A stretch of DNA of 64,000 nt, from NCBI RefSeq assembly GCF_011386835.1, contig NC_088792.1, forward strand, positions 136,896,001-136,960,000, in the 5' to 3' direction. The position numbers and the translations under genes were made by a program. Each line of letters starts with the position of its first letter. The stretch's first letter is position 1. Shown piece by piece: positions 36,246 through 49,602 of the stretch. The notes beneath the pieces were generated by a model, which was not told where the DNA came from, made no database searches, and worked only from the letters and a program-made list of their open reading frames with translations. The stretch comes from Chrysemys picta bellii (taxonomy: Eukaryota).

Positions 36246-38894
36246 CGTATATTGCGACCAACACTTGTAGAACAAGAAGAACACTGTAAATAAAGAATGC
36301 CAGACATTTTAGAGTAGGAGTTGGGGTACGTGACAAGAATTGCAGAAAACAAATAGCTTGAACTTAGGAAGAAAGTACAATGCAACATGCCAGAAGACTA
36401 TTTTGTTTGGGTTCAAGCTGGAAACTTTCCTAAATTTACTTTATTTCATTGTAGCCGATCTACTCCCATCCTCCTCCAGGGACTGTTCTTTGTTTAGCAG
36501 AGGCATGAATTCTCTGTGAGTTGTTCTGGTAGTCAGTGAGTTAATTAGTATGTAATGTGTAGAGAGAAGAAACAAGCTTTTAGAAGCTTGGAGTTTAGCA
36601 TATTCTAAATAAATAGGTGAAAATTGTTTTGATGAAATACTTGAATAAAAGTGGAGGAAACAAATGCCATATTGGGTTTGGTTTTGCCATAGATTTGCTG
36701 TACAATGGTGTGTAAATTATGCCATGTCTGAGTACTTCAGTTTCTTAATCTGTCAGAGGTATAATATCTACCTGCTGCACGTCTTCCTGATAGGTAAACA
36801 TGTGAATTGTATATGATGTTTGTGTCCACTAAACTTGGGCATGTCAAAAATGTAAGTTACTCATTCTATTTGTAGATTTAATTTAAAAATTGGAATAATC
36901 AGTTGCCTTATGTTCTCCAAATCATGGAAAGTTGGATTCTTTACAGGATTACTCCTGTCTCTTCTGCTCTTACATCCCACCTCACATAGCCATGACAAAA
37001 AGACCCCATATGCCCTGCTACTCGCACAACATACACAGTTCTGTATTGAAATGGTACACATGCACCTCATTCCTATTGATAACACACATTTGAAGGGGAG
37101 AACTCAGACCCAGATCTCCTCATATCACAATCACAGGTCTCCTAAACTGCTGCAGCTTATTCCTCCACAATTTAGTACAGCTCCCCCTAACACAGTGACT
37201 GCAGCTGGAGAGCATACTGATATTTCCATCCCGGGGAGGTGGGAGGGGGAGGCGGAGTTAAGGATTTCATGGCCGTTGGCCTTAACTCTGTATTTCCTGG
37301 TTTTCAGAAGTTTGAGTTTTGCTGAACTCAGCGTTCTGGAAGGACATGAGCTATTATCAGGCCACTTTAACTCTGGATTAACTAAGTGTTTTTGGCCATT
37401 TTATTAGTATAGTGACAGCCCTCACATTTCTTTAAACAAAGAAACAATAGTCACAGCTCAATTGCTAAAATTCCAAAAGTCAGTTGGTAGCATCCAATAC
37501 TTTTAAATGCTCTCCAAACCAAGAAATAGGATTAGGTTATTTAAAAGGTGACACCTCATTTTGAGGCCTTTCGTTTTCAAGTGCATAGTTTTTGACCTTT
37601 TTACTTCTCACAGATTCACTATTGGAATATTCTGTTGCTGAATATTAATTCCACTTTAATTTCAAAGTCTGTTTTGTATCTCTGTTTATTCGATGGTGGT
37701 TTGCTAAATTCCGTCAGTTAAAAGAGCACAAGTAATTTTCTAAGTCTTCAGTGCTTCATACTTGTCACTGTCACTATGGTCAGTCTCGAAATATTTCACT
37801 TTTAGCCATTTGCAAATATTTACAGTGGAGATGGAACGACTTTGGTGGTTCAGCTGAACAGCTTCAACAGATGGAAAAACCACTTGCACTCATTGATCCC
37901 AAAAACGACAGTATCATATCTCTGATTCGGTGCAAGTCAGCTGCCAAAGGTCCAGAATATCTAAAGCTGAAGTTTTTTGTTCTGTTTCAAGAAGATTGAG
38001 TTCTTACAAATTCCTCCAGAACTACATCTTAAATAAGTAAAATAACCCTTACCCTTCTCTGTATATCAAATGGTAAGCTTTCCCATTTTCCCAATTTTTC
38101 TCAAATTTACGGGCCCACAATATTAATGGTGTCTTTTCCCTTGTTTAAAGGCTGTTTTTCACTCAAAACATCTTGCCACAGTGGCTTAAAGTTTACTAGC
38201 CTACTAGATAGTCATGGTTGTTTTCTGAGATGTCCTTAGAGTAGTACCAGCAGTACTGATGATAAATAATGCTTAGAATTTTAAGCACAAATTTTCAACC
38301 CGTACAATAAACTTGTTAATTTAATCATTTCACCTAATTTAATCTTATAGCACAGAGTGATTTGTCCCCCCCACCTTCTTTCATCTTCTCCCTCCTCCCC
38401 CCCGCCCCTGACATTTGAAGTAGAGAATCTTATGAAAACTGAGAGAGGGTTGGGAAGTTCTTTCCTCTTCCAGCTCTTACCTGGATTTTAATTTCTCAAG
38501 TTTTGTTTACCCTTCCAGCTTTCCTTCTATTCTCTCCTCCCCACCCCTCTTCTCCCCATTAATCACAGATTTAGCTTCTGGTTCTTGTAAAAACAGCCGT
38601 TGTGAATCTGAGAAGATATCAACGTTTCATTGCTGCTCAGCAATAACAGAGAAAATATGTAGGTCTTCAGTCAACTTTATATTGATTTTGCTGCTGCTGG
38701 GATATTTATTACAAAGGAAACATAACCTTTTGTAATTTATATTAATTTTTTTTAAGACGAAGGAACAAACTTGCAATTGAATGTGAAATTCAGTTACTTT
38801 GCTTTTTGATGGTATACAAAGTATAATCAAAGACAAAAGCTGATCCTCCATTAAGGTTGAGAATACATATATGTAACTTAGAGGGAAAGAAAGA

Positions 38895-39071
38895 GTATAG
38901 ATGTCGCTAGGTCAATGGAAGGATTTTTCTGTCAACCTAGTTGTCACCTCTTGAGGGGTGGATTGATTACAGCAATGGAAAACCCCATTCCATCACTGCA
39001 GCAAGTATCTGTGGTACAGCACTATGGCAGCATAGCTGCTGTGCCACTGAGTGCTTGTAGTGTAGACATGC
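38895..39071. mobile_element. Harbinger-type MITE
   Basis: Ends GTAGTGTAGACATGC; interior is the reverse complement of about 39450-39570. Confidence 0.65.
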
Positions 39072-39439
39072 TGAGTCTCAATGCCTTTGTGCTATAAGGA
39101 CTCTTCTTGCACTCTTGTGTTTAGTTCCCTTGGCAGTGCTACTTCACTGTGCAGTGCAGCAAGTGTAGCAGTACCACGGGAAGCATTTCAAGCACTGATG
39201 GCCAAGCGAGTATATTGGGCAGCTGTGGCACAATTGTAACTGCTCTTCCGAGGTTCCAAGTGATATACTAATGCTAACTCTTATCATGTGCCCTGTCTCC
39301 CTCACGTTATTGAGACACTGCAACAGTCGTTGCATACAAATGAGCGGTAGAGGGAGGGTAGTGACTGGCTGAGTTAGTCTGTCAGGGTCTGAGGGTACAA
39401 GAGCTACAACCGCACAGCTGCAGTTACACTGATGTAGTG

Positions 39440-39672
39440 TGCACATTTATTACAGCAATGGAAGGGGTTTTTCTGTTGCTGGAGTAAATCCTGCTCCTTG
39501 CCCCCCCACCCCCCCTGTGCTCCCTTGAGATGCGATAGCTAGATCTATGGAAGTATTCTTCTGTTGACTGACTTGCATCTACTGTGTGATTTAAGTAGAC
39601 CTAATTACATTGCACAAGGCGTGGAATTTTTGACAGCTCTGAGCAATGTAACTCAGGTTGACCTAAGTTTTA
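39440..39672. mobile_element. Harbinger-type MITE, opposite orientation to 38895-39071
   Basis: ttacagcaatggaaggggtttttctgttgctg...ggtgtagcccagg; same family as the previous feature. Confidence 0.6.
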
Positions 39673-40960
39673 GGTGTAGCCCAGGTGTGAATCTGAATCC
39701 TTCCCACACCATCAGATGTTCCTTAGGGCACAAATGAGGCTCCACCATCCCTGTCTGTACAGGGCTGCTGTTTGCATGTCCTCCGTGCTTTAGCATTCCC
39801 TCTCTGAGTTGTGTTTGATGGAGGGATTCTTTCATTTGGGCGCTATGTCATGTTCCTCCAGCTGCCCAATAGCATGCCTGCCATGGCAGATGCTCATTCT
39901 TACACCATGTCATAGTGGTCCCACTTGGGTAAGCTGAGCTGTAAAGCATGCCTATCAGTAGCCTATGTCATCCTAGCAATGAGAGGAGAAAATGATTAAT
40001 TTCTCCTAGTTTCAATTTAATTTCTTAACTGGCAATTTAACCAAATTAAGTAAATTGTTCTAGGAATAGTACACAAGTAAATTCAGATTGCTGGTATAAA
40101 AGAAAGGTGTCCTGACGGAGTTGGGAGCATTATTAATTTAGGAATTACATAGATACATAATCAAGCTGCCCTTTTATATTTGTGCCTGTGTTTGGTATTA
40201 ACTTTTGTTGCTCAAGAAAAGAATCAAATAAAGACTAAACCAAATATTGGACAAGGAAATCTTTCACTGTAACCTTTTGTGGATCAAATACATTTTTTTA
40301 GTACTTTAAGTTCTAGACTATCTGAGCCACTCCGTTTATATACAGTATATGTGTTGCTTACTCTTGTAGCTGCTTGCGTGAGCAATGGAATGGGACTTAA
40401 AAAAAAAATGGCTTTAGATGTATTTTGATGGACTCCTCAAATAGTATGTAGCAACCATTTACCTGAAAACCTTTTAAGCTAAAATTAAATTGGGAACAAA
40501 CTGTTTCTCCACTTGCAACGTAATAAATGCTTAAGTAGACCCTTGTACTTGGAGACTCAGAGCTACATAATCTGTTGAAATGTAAAGTAAATTTTTGTTG
40601 AAGTACCATCACCAATATTTGAAAGCTTTTAAAAAGGGTCATTTGTGGAGAAAAATCGGGGCACGTTTTGTACCCCATGAAAATACAGGGCTAAAATTTT
40701 GTTTAAAAACGAAAATAGGGACTAGGCCTTAGTAATACGCATTACTGTAAGGGTATATACAGCATTTTCTGCCTCTTGTTTAGATGGAGTTACACTACAG
40801 CCAATCTCTGCATACTGAATTTGTTTGCAACCCTGTTGAAATAGGTACACTAATTTTGTGTGTTTGCAGCATGGCTGCATGTGTCTTTTAGGGTAAGGAG
40901 TGGCTTGCTAATGACTCATGTTGCTACAGAGAAGCACAGCTGATTTAATTCCTTCATTTC

Positions 40961-41090
40961 NNNNNNNNNNNNNNNNNNNNNNNNNNNNNNNNNNNNNNNN
41001 NNNNNNNNNNNNNNNNNNNNNNNNNNNNNNNNNNNNNNNNNNNNNNNNNNNNNNNNNNNNNNNNNNNNNNNNNNNNNNNNNNNNNNNNNN
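40961..41090. other. assembly gap (130 N)
   Basis: Run of N. Confidence 1.
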
Positions 41091-43954
41091 CGAAGTTGTA
41101 GGCCTGATGCAGATGGGTGTGGCTGTGTGCAGACAGTTGGAAATGAGAGACTCTACATAGTTAGTGTTTGGCTTGGAGCTGAACTAGTAGGTAGGACTCT
41201 TTTTTTTTTTTTTCCCTTCAGTGGTGGATAATTTTTTTAAATTCTTTGATATACTTGCCCACAGGGATTTGGTAAGGTCAGTATTTAGCAATACTTATAG
41301 ATATTCACTAGTTGGTGGTTAATTTGTTAGCTTTCGTGCTGAATGGTAAATCGGGGTATCCTGTTACATATGAAGCTGTTAGTCTGCTTGGCACAGTTTT
41401 AATAAAGGAATTGATGCTGTATGAAATGGAATTCATTGGCTAAAGATATCTTCACCTCAATCAGAATTGCTTTCATTCATCAGATTCACACTTGTTGGAA
41501 ATATTTATCATGGAATAGCTGATGCATTTCCCTATTTCTCCCCTCCCTCCTTGCGCATACACACACTTGAATAAAATATATCTGCAGTAGTTGGAAGGCT
41601 TGTCATTTTATAGTCAAAAAATTGTTTGCCAGGATTCCAGTATTTTTGTTTTGTTTTGGATGGAGAAGGAATCATTGGGCCACAGACTATGGACAACAGG
41701 CTCTTTGTTGTACTCTTGGAAAAGGGTAAAATTATGTCACAGATTTCCATGCTTGCTTCTTAGACACAACTTGAACAGATTCTCGTCGTACATTTAGTAA
41801 TCAGTATGAGTTTGTATTTATTTAAATTAGTTTCTGGTAGCAGGTTTATGAAGGGGCTACTGAACTCATTGTTCCCAATAATTAAAAGGACACCCACTTG
41901 AAATTAGTTTAAGAAAAAGCTTTTTACTGTACCTGCTCCTGAATTTTCCTGTCAATTCTAGGAGCTCTCCAGTAATTAACTGTCTTGACAAAAATATTAG
42001 TGCTTTGTTGATGCCTGAAAGGAAAAATACATAGGGCAAACAGGCTGTGCGAAGCGCTGTGAATGGTGTATGGGAAACTGGAAATAAAACTATCTGTAAT
42101 CTCCTTAAGTGCATCTGCCGTAAGATCTCGGGTCACGTCTGCATATCAGCAGTGTAGCATCACTAGTTGTAGCAAAAGTGAAAATGTTAACACAGACCGG
42201 AAATTGACTGAATCATGTCTGTTGGTGTTTCTGTTATAGCTACCACCAGGAGAAATGACACAGTGACTAGTGGTCCAAACTTAGCTAGGATAGATGTGTC
42301 TTCAGTTACAAACATTAGGTGTTAACTTGTAACAGCAGTAGGCTTAAAAGTTAAAATCATTGAGGCTTATTCATTTTAATTGGGTGTGTAATGTAAAAGT
42401 AAAGGAACAACCCTCCCATTTCTACTTCTAAACTGGTTAGAGTATTGCAAAACGAAGTTCCAGGTCTGCATACTACTGTGTGTCTTCATACCATGTAGAT
42501 CTCAGTGAGGTTTAGGTTCATATACTAGTAACATGTCCTAAAAGATTGATTGGTTGTTACCTTCAGTGGAAAATGACTAGGGTGCTTAAATGATTGTGGA
42601 ATAGAATTCTTAAGTGTAATCTTACCTAGCTATGGGTATTCCAAATGGAGTGTGCCTCATCCTGTTCTGTCACCCCTTCAGAGGGTATAAAGCAGTGGTA
42701 TCTACTGTACTTAAAACTTTCAGAGTCTCATTCAAATGGGAGAAAAGCTGGAGGAAAGTTTTTGAGCTAAAATAATGGATCCCAAACTGAGTGTCGGAAC
42801 TACTTTTAATAGATTATATCCGTCCTCTGCTATCTTGATGCTTTTTCTTTGGTTTCTAATTTGGTCCCATCAGCCCAGTTCCCCAACTTTTTGCTCCTTA
42901 TTACAGTGAACTGCTGTATGATTGAGACTTATACTGAAGTTGTAGCATCTAGGGTGTTATGGATAGGTAGGTGCTTTTTCATTAATTATAGGAATAAAAC
43001 TAATATTAAAAATGGGGGGTTTGATATATAACATCCTCTAAATCGAGATGAAATATGATCTTTTCGTTTGCCCTGCTTCGAGGGATTTTAAGACCTATTC
43101 CTCCTCTGCTTAACTATAACCAGAAATACTGTTTTTTCATTGTGTAACACTTCGACAGTTTTTTTGGTTTTTACAGTCAAGTTCAACATAGACTGAATCT
43201 GCATTGAATTTTAGGTACCTGCTTTCTGTTTCTATATCCATTAGTCTCTATGGTAATTGACTCAATATCTTGTTCAGGTGGAGTGCTGATTACTGTTCAG
43301 GCTCTTGTGTGTTTTTATTTCCTGAAGAAACTTGTGAGATGACTGGTTCTAGTGCCGGTGGAATCAAACATAAACAGTCACATCAGATATTTTATCCTTC
43401 ATATTTAGGCAACTTCAGGCTAAGTTTGAACTTCAGTCTGGTGGCGAAGTGAAGGTGTCTCCCTTAATAATCCTTCAGGTAATAAGTGAGAAGGTGTCCT
43501 GGGAACCATTTGAACGTGTGGATATTGCGGGGATAACAGCAACACTCTGATGTGGGTATGAACTGAAATGTTTGGGTTCACAGACAAAATTATTCCCTGG
43601 TTCCTTGTGATTTGATCTCTTGAGCTAGAAGTTCAGTACATACTGATGTACAATTGAGTGTTGCTTATCTCTGAGGTCCTGGTGAATTTGGGTACTGGCA
43701 GTGATCTCCTGTAAGGAGAAGAGAGGAGAAAAATCATGCATCTTCTAGACTGTATTTAGGAGAAAATGATTGTGCAGAAAATTTGTCTGTTAGAGCAACC
43801 TTAATTCCTTCACTCAACTGTATATCTAGCAGAGACATAAGAAAACAAAGTCAATTTCTTTACTTGGTCTCTTTCACTCTTTACCGGAAATCACCACTAA
43901 CTTTCTGGAGGTGGCAGGTAATTCTGGTGCTGTTTTTAAACATAGTAAAACTTA

Positions 43955-44217
43955 GGGTGTGTCTATACACTTAGTGTGTCTCAAGGTGAGGTGTCAATCT
44001 ACAGCACTCTAGTCTACAGCACTCTAGTCCACAGCACACTAAATAGCTGTGCGGACCCACTGAGAGTTCTGTGGGTTCAAACAGCAATAGGTCAAAGTGC
44101 ACTGTGGAACTTTGAGTGCGTGGTAGTAGGGTCCACGCAGCTATTTAGTGCATGGCTGGCTACAGGGCTCTAGGTTGACCCCCCCCCACCTGCGCCACCC
44201 TCCCCTGCCATATAGAC
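43955..44217. mobile_element. Harbinger-type MITE
   Basis: TTA-GGGTGTGTCTATAC left end, TATAGAC right end; contains a 15-bp tandem duplication at 43998-44027. Confidence 0.65.
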
Positions 44218-47200
44218 AATCAAGTAATTGTGCCTAACAAAAATGATGCTGCTGATGCACAGATTTTTGTTGCTTGTAAAGTACTGTAACAAAAGTAGTA
44301 AATTACCCAGCCAATACACTGCCAGTTAAATTACCTTTATTGGTGACAGCATCATTATCTTGAGTAATGCTCATTTGTATTTCTTAACAAAAATCTGCAT
44401 TTTAAGCAGGACAAAATGTAAATATGGAGGTGCTTGATTGGGTTAACATGATCTGATTAGAGTACAGAAGCAGAGCTTCTTTCTCAGGAAGTTGTCTTCC
44501 TCAGTTGTTCTGCTACTAAAGTGTTTTTAGCATATGACTTCAGTCTTGTGGGTGTACGGCTGGTTTTTGTTGTTGTTACTGTCGTCCTCACTGGAACAGT
44601 TGCATCTGGGTATTACAGAAGATTAAATAGCAATCATTGTCAAAGCCTATTTGGTAGTAAATCCAGGCAGAGCAACTGTTAAGCAGGCGGACATTCTGAC
44701 AAACTCTACAGGGTGAAGATGTGTATTAATGCGTATGATTTGGGCTTTGGAATACGGATTGTACCTTTTTTGTCAGGTTTCTCATGCACAATAATTTTCG
44801 AAGCAGTTTTTGACCTTTGAAATATAACTTCCTTGAGACAGTGGAAAGTTAACAGTCATGGAAAAGAAATTAGATTCAGCAGGCACCTGATTTTGAGAGA
44901 CTGTAATTCTGAAAGCTTGACTCATTCAGTCGGAGAGAGGGGAAGATTTAATTTGATGCTTTTTTTTTTTTTTTTTTACAGAATCATTTTTTATCCATCT
45001 TGTTCACCATGCAAAAAAAATAAGCCTTAGAGAGGAGCTGAAAGAGAACTGAATTGTCAGTTCTTGGGCAGTTAGATCATTTCAGGTACATGCTCCCTTG
45101 GTTATAAGAGTCATGTACTGTAGATACTTACAAGTAGGATGCAGAACAAAACAGATGTGGTGATATTTCTCATGGTAAGCCACTTGAGTATTCTTTTAAG
45201 TACTCCCTTTGCAATAGCATGATGTCTGCTAACGTAAAAACATTTCTGGTGTTAACATAGCTGCAACATGAGAACGTTATAGGAATAGAATCCCTCGTTC
45301 TTTTAGTTAACTCCCTTGTAAAACAGAAGAATATAAAATAAAATTGATAGACTGACATATCGGTTAACTTTTGATGACAGTTCTTGAGTATATACCCCTG
45401 TTTTTATAATAGTTCTTTTTCCAAGCAGACATGGACTACACTTCCCATTTCTAGTCTTATATAAGAGGTAATGGCAGCTATGGTATTGGATTGCAATCAA
45501 AGGAGCGTGATTTTAATTCTAGTAATCTATTTTGGAGATATGACAATTCCTTATTATAAAGGAATGTCATTTTTTGGTTATGTTGTCAAGGGCAAAATGG
45601 CAAATGTAAAAGTATGCAAATCTGAAATGAGGTAGGACTTTTGTGAATATTTCTCAGTGTTCTGCAACTAAAAATGTAACCGATTTTCCACTCTTCAGGC
45701 TGGTGATAATAGTTGAATGTTTGGTTCAGTTTTGGTATTCTGGGCAAGGCAGAGTTTGGAGATCTATATCGCTAACTGTTTAGTGTGACTCCCATGATTT
45801 CTGCTTTTATCTCTTCAGCTGCAGTCTCCAGTGGTATCCTAATAAAAGCTGTTGTTTAGTTTACATTACCCTAATACTGATGAGAACCACAATGCAGTGA
45901 TTACTGTGTTTGATACCTGTATTTATTTCCTCACCACGAGAAATGCAGATGAACTTCAACAGACATCTTGCATACGTAGATGTTAACTTTTTTAATGTGA
46001 AATTTTATCATTTTAGTTTTGCGTTGCCTTAAAAAAATGGTTTTGAACTTACTGCATATCAGCTTCTAAGCGAAAGCACTACTGGCCTGAAATTTGATTC
46101 GTACTGGAACTTGATCTGTGACTTAATTCAGATTATGGATCAAGCCCTGTTTCCACTTCAATGGCAGCTTGGAAACTAGCTTCAGCAGAATAAAATCAAC
46201 CCTTTAGTCATTCAACATAGTAATGGCTAAGGACGACGACTACCCTTTCTGAAACGTAAGTGCTTATAAAAAAAATTACAACATGCGAGTCATTGATCAT
46301 ATGAGCAGAGCATATTTTTCTTTGCCATCTCAGTGGATGTTTGATGAGACCTCAAACACTATGCTGTAAACCAGAAAAATGTGATCACTTTACTCCCTGT
46401 TTTTAAAAAAAATAATTATGGGATGTTCCTGTAGTAGTTGATTTGGGGATGATGGATTAAAAAAAAGAATAGTGACTTTAATATAGAGTTGACAGTTGTC
46501 CTGGACTCAACAAGGAAAACGCGCAGCATTTTGCAGCATTTACCATCATGTATTTAATAAAATCTAACTTGTCATATGCTGTGTTGCCTACTGTTCTGAA
46601 TGTGGGGTCACTTCCATTGTATTGGAAGAAGTGGGATGAAGAAAATGCTCTGTATCAGAAGTATGTTTCTGTGTAATAGAAAATTACAGCGGATGGGTCT
46701 GTTGACAGCAGAAATATGGCGAAATTAACAATCTTAAACAATTGCTCTGTTTTTTAATTATATGTTATTTTGTTGATCATGTGTTTTTAAAACAGTCTTG
46801 GATACAAAGGGGAAAAAATCAGCTTTACACTTGCAGCTTTATAAAGAACACGTACAAAATTAACCCTTTATTTTACTTCAATGAATTTCTTGTTTTCATG
46901 TATAATTACTGCCCTCCATCAGACTAGTATGTCAGTGTTAGTCTTAATATCGTATTTCCATATATCGTATTCAGAAGTTGAATATTTGGCTAGTAATGTA
47001 CTTTTAATTGTGAATTGTTAGCATAAAATTACTTCTGAGTAGCACCTCATTACTGCAAGTACATTCGTAGGAACAAAATAAAGCTTGCAAAAGACATGGG
47101 GTGGACTCAGTTAATGTTCACCAGAGTCCAGGATCGTACAGTAAGTGTGGGGGGGAAAACAGAATGTGTGCTGCTTTAACATATGTATTACTGAATGAAA

Positions 47201-48859
47201 ACAGTTGACTGACACCTGTATTTAAACCCTAGTGAAGATCAAGTGCAGAGACATCCTTAAACAGATGTCAAGATTAACGGAAGTGCAGACTGGGTGAGGA
47301 GAAGACACAGAACATTTAAATGGACAAAGCACTAAGACTGCTCAGGGTTTAGAAATAAGTAACTGAAACAGAATATGTTCGGGGATTTAACACATGAATA
47401 ATCTTTATCAACCCTGCAGGTCCGTGTCTTGGCCACTATGCAGTACAAATATCAGATCAGTATAGTCAGTCCCACTGTAGTATCAAACCCATTCTTAATA
47501 GTATGTCATTTGTATTTGTTAATTTTGGCACCCATTTTCCCCAAGTACAATTGTAGCTTTTGAGCTTGCTGCTCAATATAGCCAGAGATGTAGGTATGGT
47601 GCATATTAGAAACTTCCAGCTTCCCTGAGGGGAGCATACAGCACTCTACATGCTGGGTGCACCTGTAAACTAAGTGGTATAAAAACTGAATTATTTTCTA
47701 AGTTGACTACTAGCCTTGAGTTTGGGTCTTAAAAAGTAATGTGGCTTTCTCAAATGGGAGTGTTAAATCCTAATTGTCAGGAAATAATTGTTGGCTTTCA
47801 AGTATAGAAAACCTATTATACAGTGATAACTTTCAATCTTCCATGCTTTCCACTAACATTGAAGTTGATTTCATAGTGTGGTTACCTTGACTCTAAATCA
47901 AGGAGAGTATTGAAAACATACCAAGAATGTTTCACAGGCTTCTAATGAAAAAAAAAATGCATTTGCTTTGGAGTATATGGGACCACTGTTAGGAAAATTG
48001 CACAACCCTCCTCAAAAAGAATCTCCATATTTTTGTCACAAGAAGTTAGGAAATTAACAAGATGTTGCTACCTTCTGAGCTCTGGAAAAAGAGGGGTGAT
48101 TGTAGTGGAAAAGCTTCAGCAGTTGAACTTTAGATACTTTTTGGCTGTTTGTATGCACACTGAATAAGATAAATACAAAACTAGATAATGAAGTATGGTT
48201 CTCTTTTTACATACTTACCATTACAGAACTAAAAGTTCACCAGGTTTTCCTTTGTAGGCACTTAAAATAGTTTAAGGTGTTTTAAATTCACTATTAATGT
48301 GGGTAGTATACCTGCTGTTAGTGGTTTGTTTCTCTCTCCCTTCCCCCTCCCCCACCTTCTGTCTGTCATGTTTTTTTAGACTAAGTTGCTTGGCACAAAG
48401 ATATACTCTTTCTGTACAATGACTAGCACGACTGGGCCTTATCTCCGATGAGGCCTTTAGGTGTTACTAGAATAGAATACAAATGAGAAATTGTATTACT
48501 CTTGTACAGTGGAAATGGATTAGTCTAATTTACTTGTGAATTTAAAGTTTTGCTACACTTACAAGGTCCAATGCACTTGTACAATGTTGCAGTATTTGCA
48601 CTGCAAGGCAAATGCCTAAAACATTGCCTTAGAAAGATGAAAAAACTAAGTGAACTACAAAACAATTCCTATTAGTCTTAGGGTTTGTAAAAGTTTGTTT
48701 TAACAAAATTTAACAAATTTGCCCTGACCCTTTTTCAAAATGTCTTGAACTCCAGTGGGTGTCCAATCAATTTTAATTTTGAACGAGTAACAAAACTAAT
48801 ACTAAAAATGTTCAACATATGAAATAGCTTCAGTTTGTGAAAGAAATGCTTCCCCACAA

Positions 48860-49289
48860 CATAGATTCATAGATTTTTAAGGCTAGAAGGGACCCCCAAA
48901 TCTTTTTCAGAGGCACCGTGTCCCAGGATAGAGTCCCCTATCCTGTATGACCCACACTCTTTGTTCCCCTATGTATACGTCTACTTTTAGCCATATGAAA
49001 ACACATACTGCTTGCTTGTGCCCAGTTTACCAAGCAGTTGCTTTGAATCAGTGACCTGTCCTCTTCATTATTTATCACTCCCCCAATTTGTTTGTCACCT
49101 GCAAACTTCATCGGGGAGGATTTTGTTTTCTTCCAGATCATTGATGAAGATGTTTAAATAGCTAGATCTCTGCAGGACACCACTGGAAACACACTCACTT
49201 GATGATGATTCCCCAATTACAGTTATACTTTGAGACCATTTAATGTGTGCCATTTTTAATTTTATATTCTAGTTTTTTATCAAAATGTT
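48860..49289 (-). mobile_element. CR1 LINE, internally deleted (RT fragment fused to the 3' tail)
   Basis: ORF 48938-49141 (KFAGDKQIGGVINNEEDRSLIQS) is CR1 RT; tail catagattcatag at 48860; homologous to 52142-53947. Confidence 0.9.
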
Positions 49290-49309
49290 TTAAATTTATT
49301 GCCAGACTC

Positions 49310-49602
49310 ACTGAGGGCAACGAATTTGAGATTCAAAAAGGGATTGGAAACTCATAAAGATAACCGGTGTATTCAGACTTGTTAGAGTTAACACTTCAGA
49401 AGAGATATTACACATCATGCTTTAGTATTTAAGTCAGTCTCTAGCTGGTCAGAGATCAGGCTGAGCAACAGATGACCCTACATCTGCCTATTGCAGCGCT
49501 GTTACACCTTCCTCTGAAGCATCTGGTACTGCCCATGGTCTGAGAAACATACTGGGCTAGATGGACCTCAGGTTTGATCCAGTATGGCAATTTCTATGTT
49601 CT
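49310..49602 (+). mobile_element. 3' UTR of a second CR1-type family
   Basis: gattcaaaaagggattgg ... gggctagatggacc..gatccagtatggcaatttctatgttct, a typical CR1/L3 3' terminus. Confidence 0.72.

Noticed and set aside
45627-45650. TGAGGTAGG resembling a let-7 5' end
   Set aside because: The match stops after about 10 nt and no precursor hairpin is evident.
45876-45920. CTGATGAG as a possible hammerhead core
   Set aside because: Not followed by a stem II and GAAA. The same holds for the CTGAAGA hits near 156, 18497, 31934, 43322 and 50220.
47233-47293. AG/GT-bounded open segment (VKIKCRDILKQMSRLTEVQT)
   Set aside because: Weak polypyrimidine tract, no recognisable protein and no partner exons.
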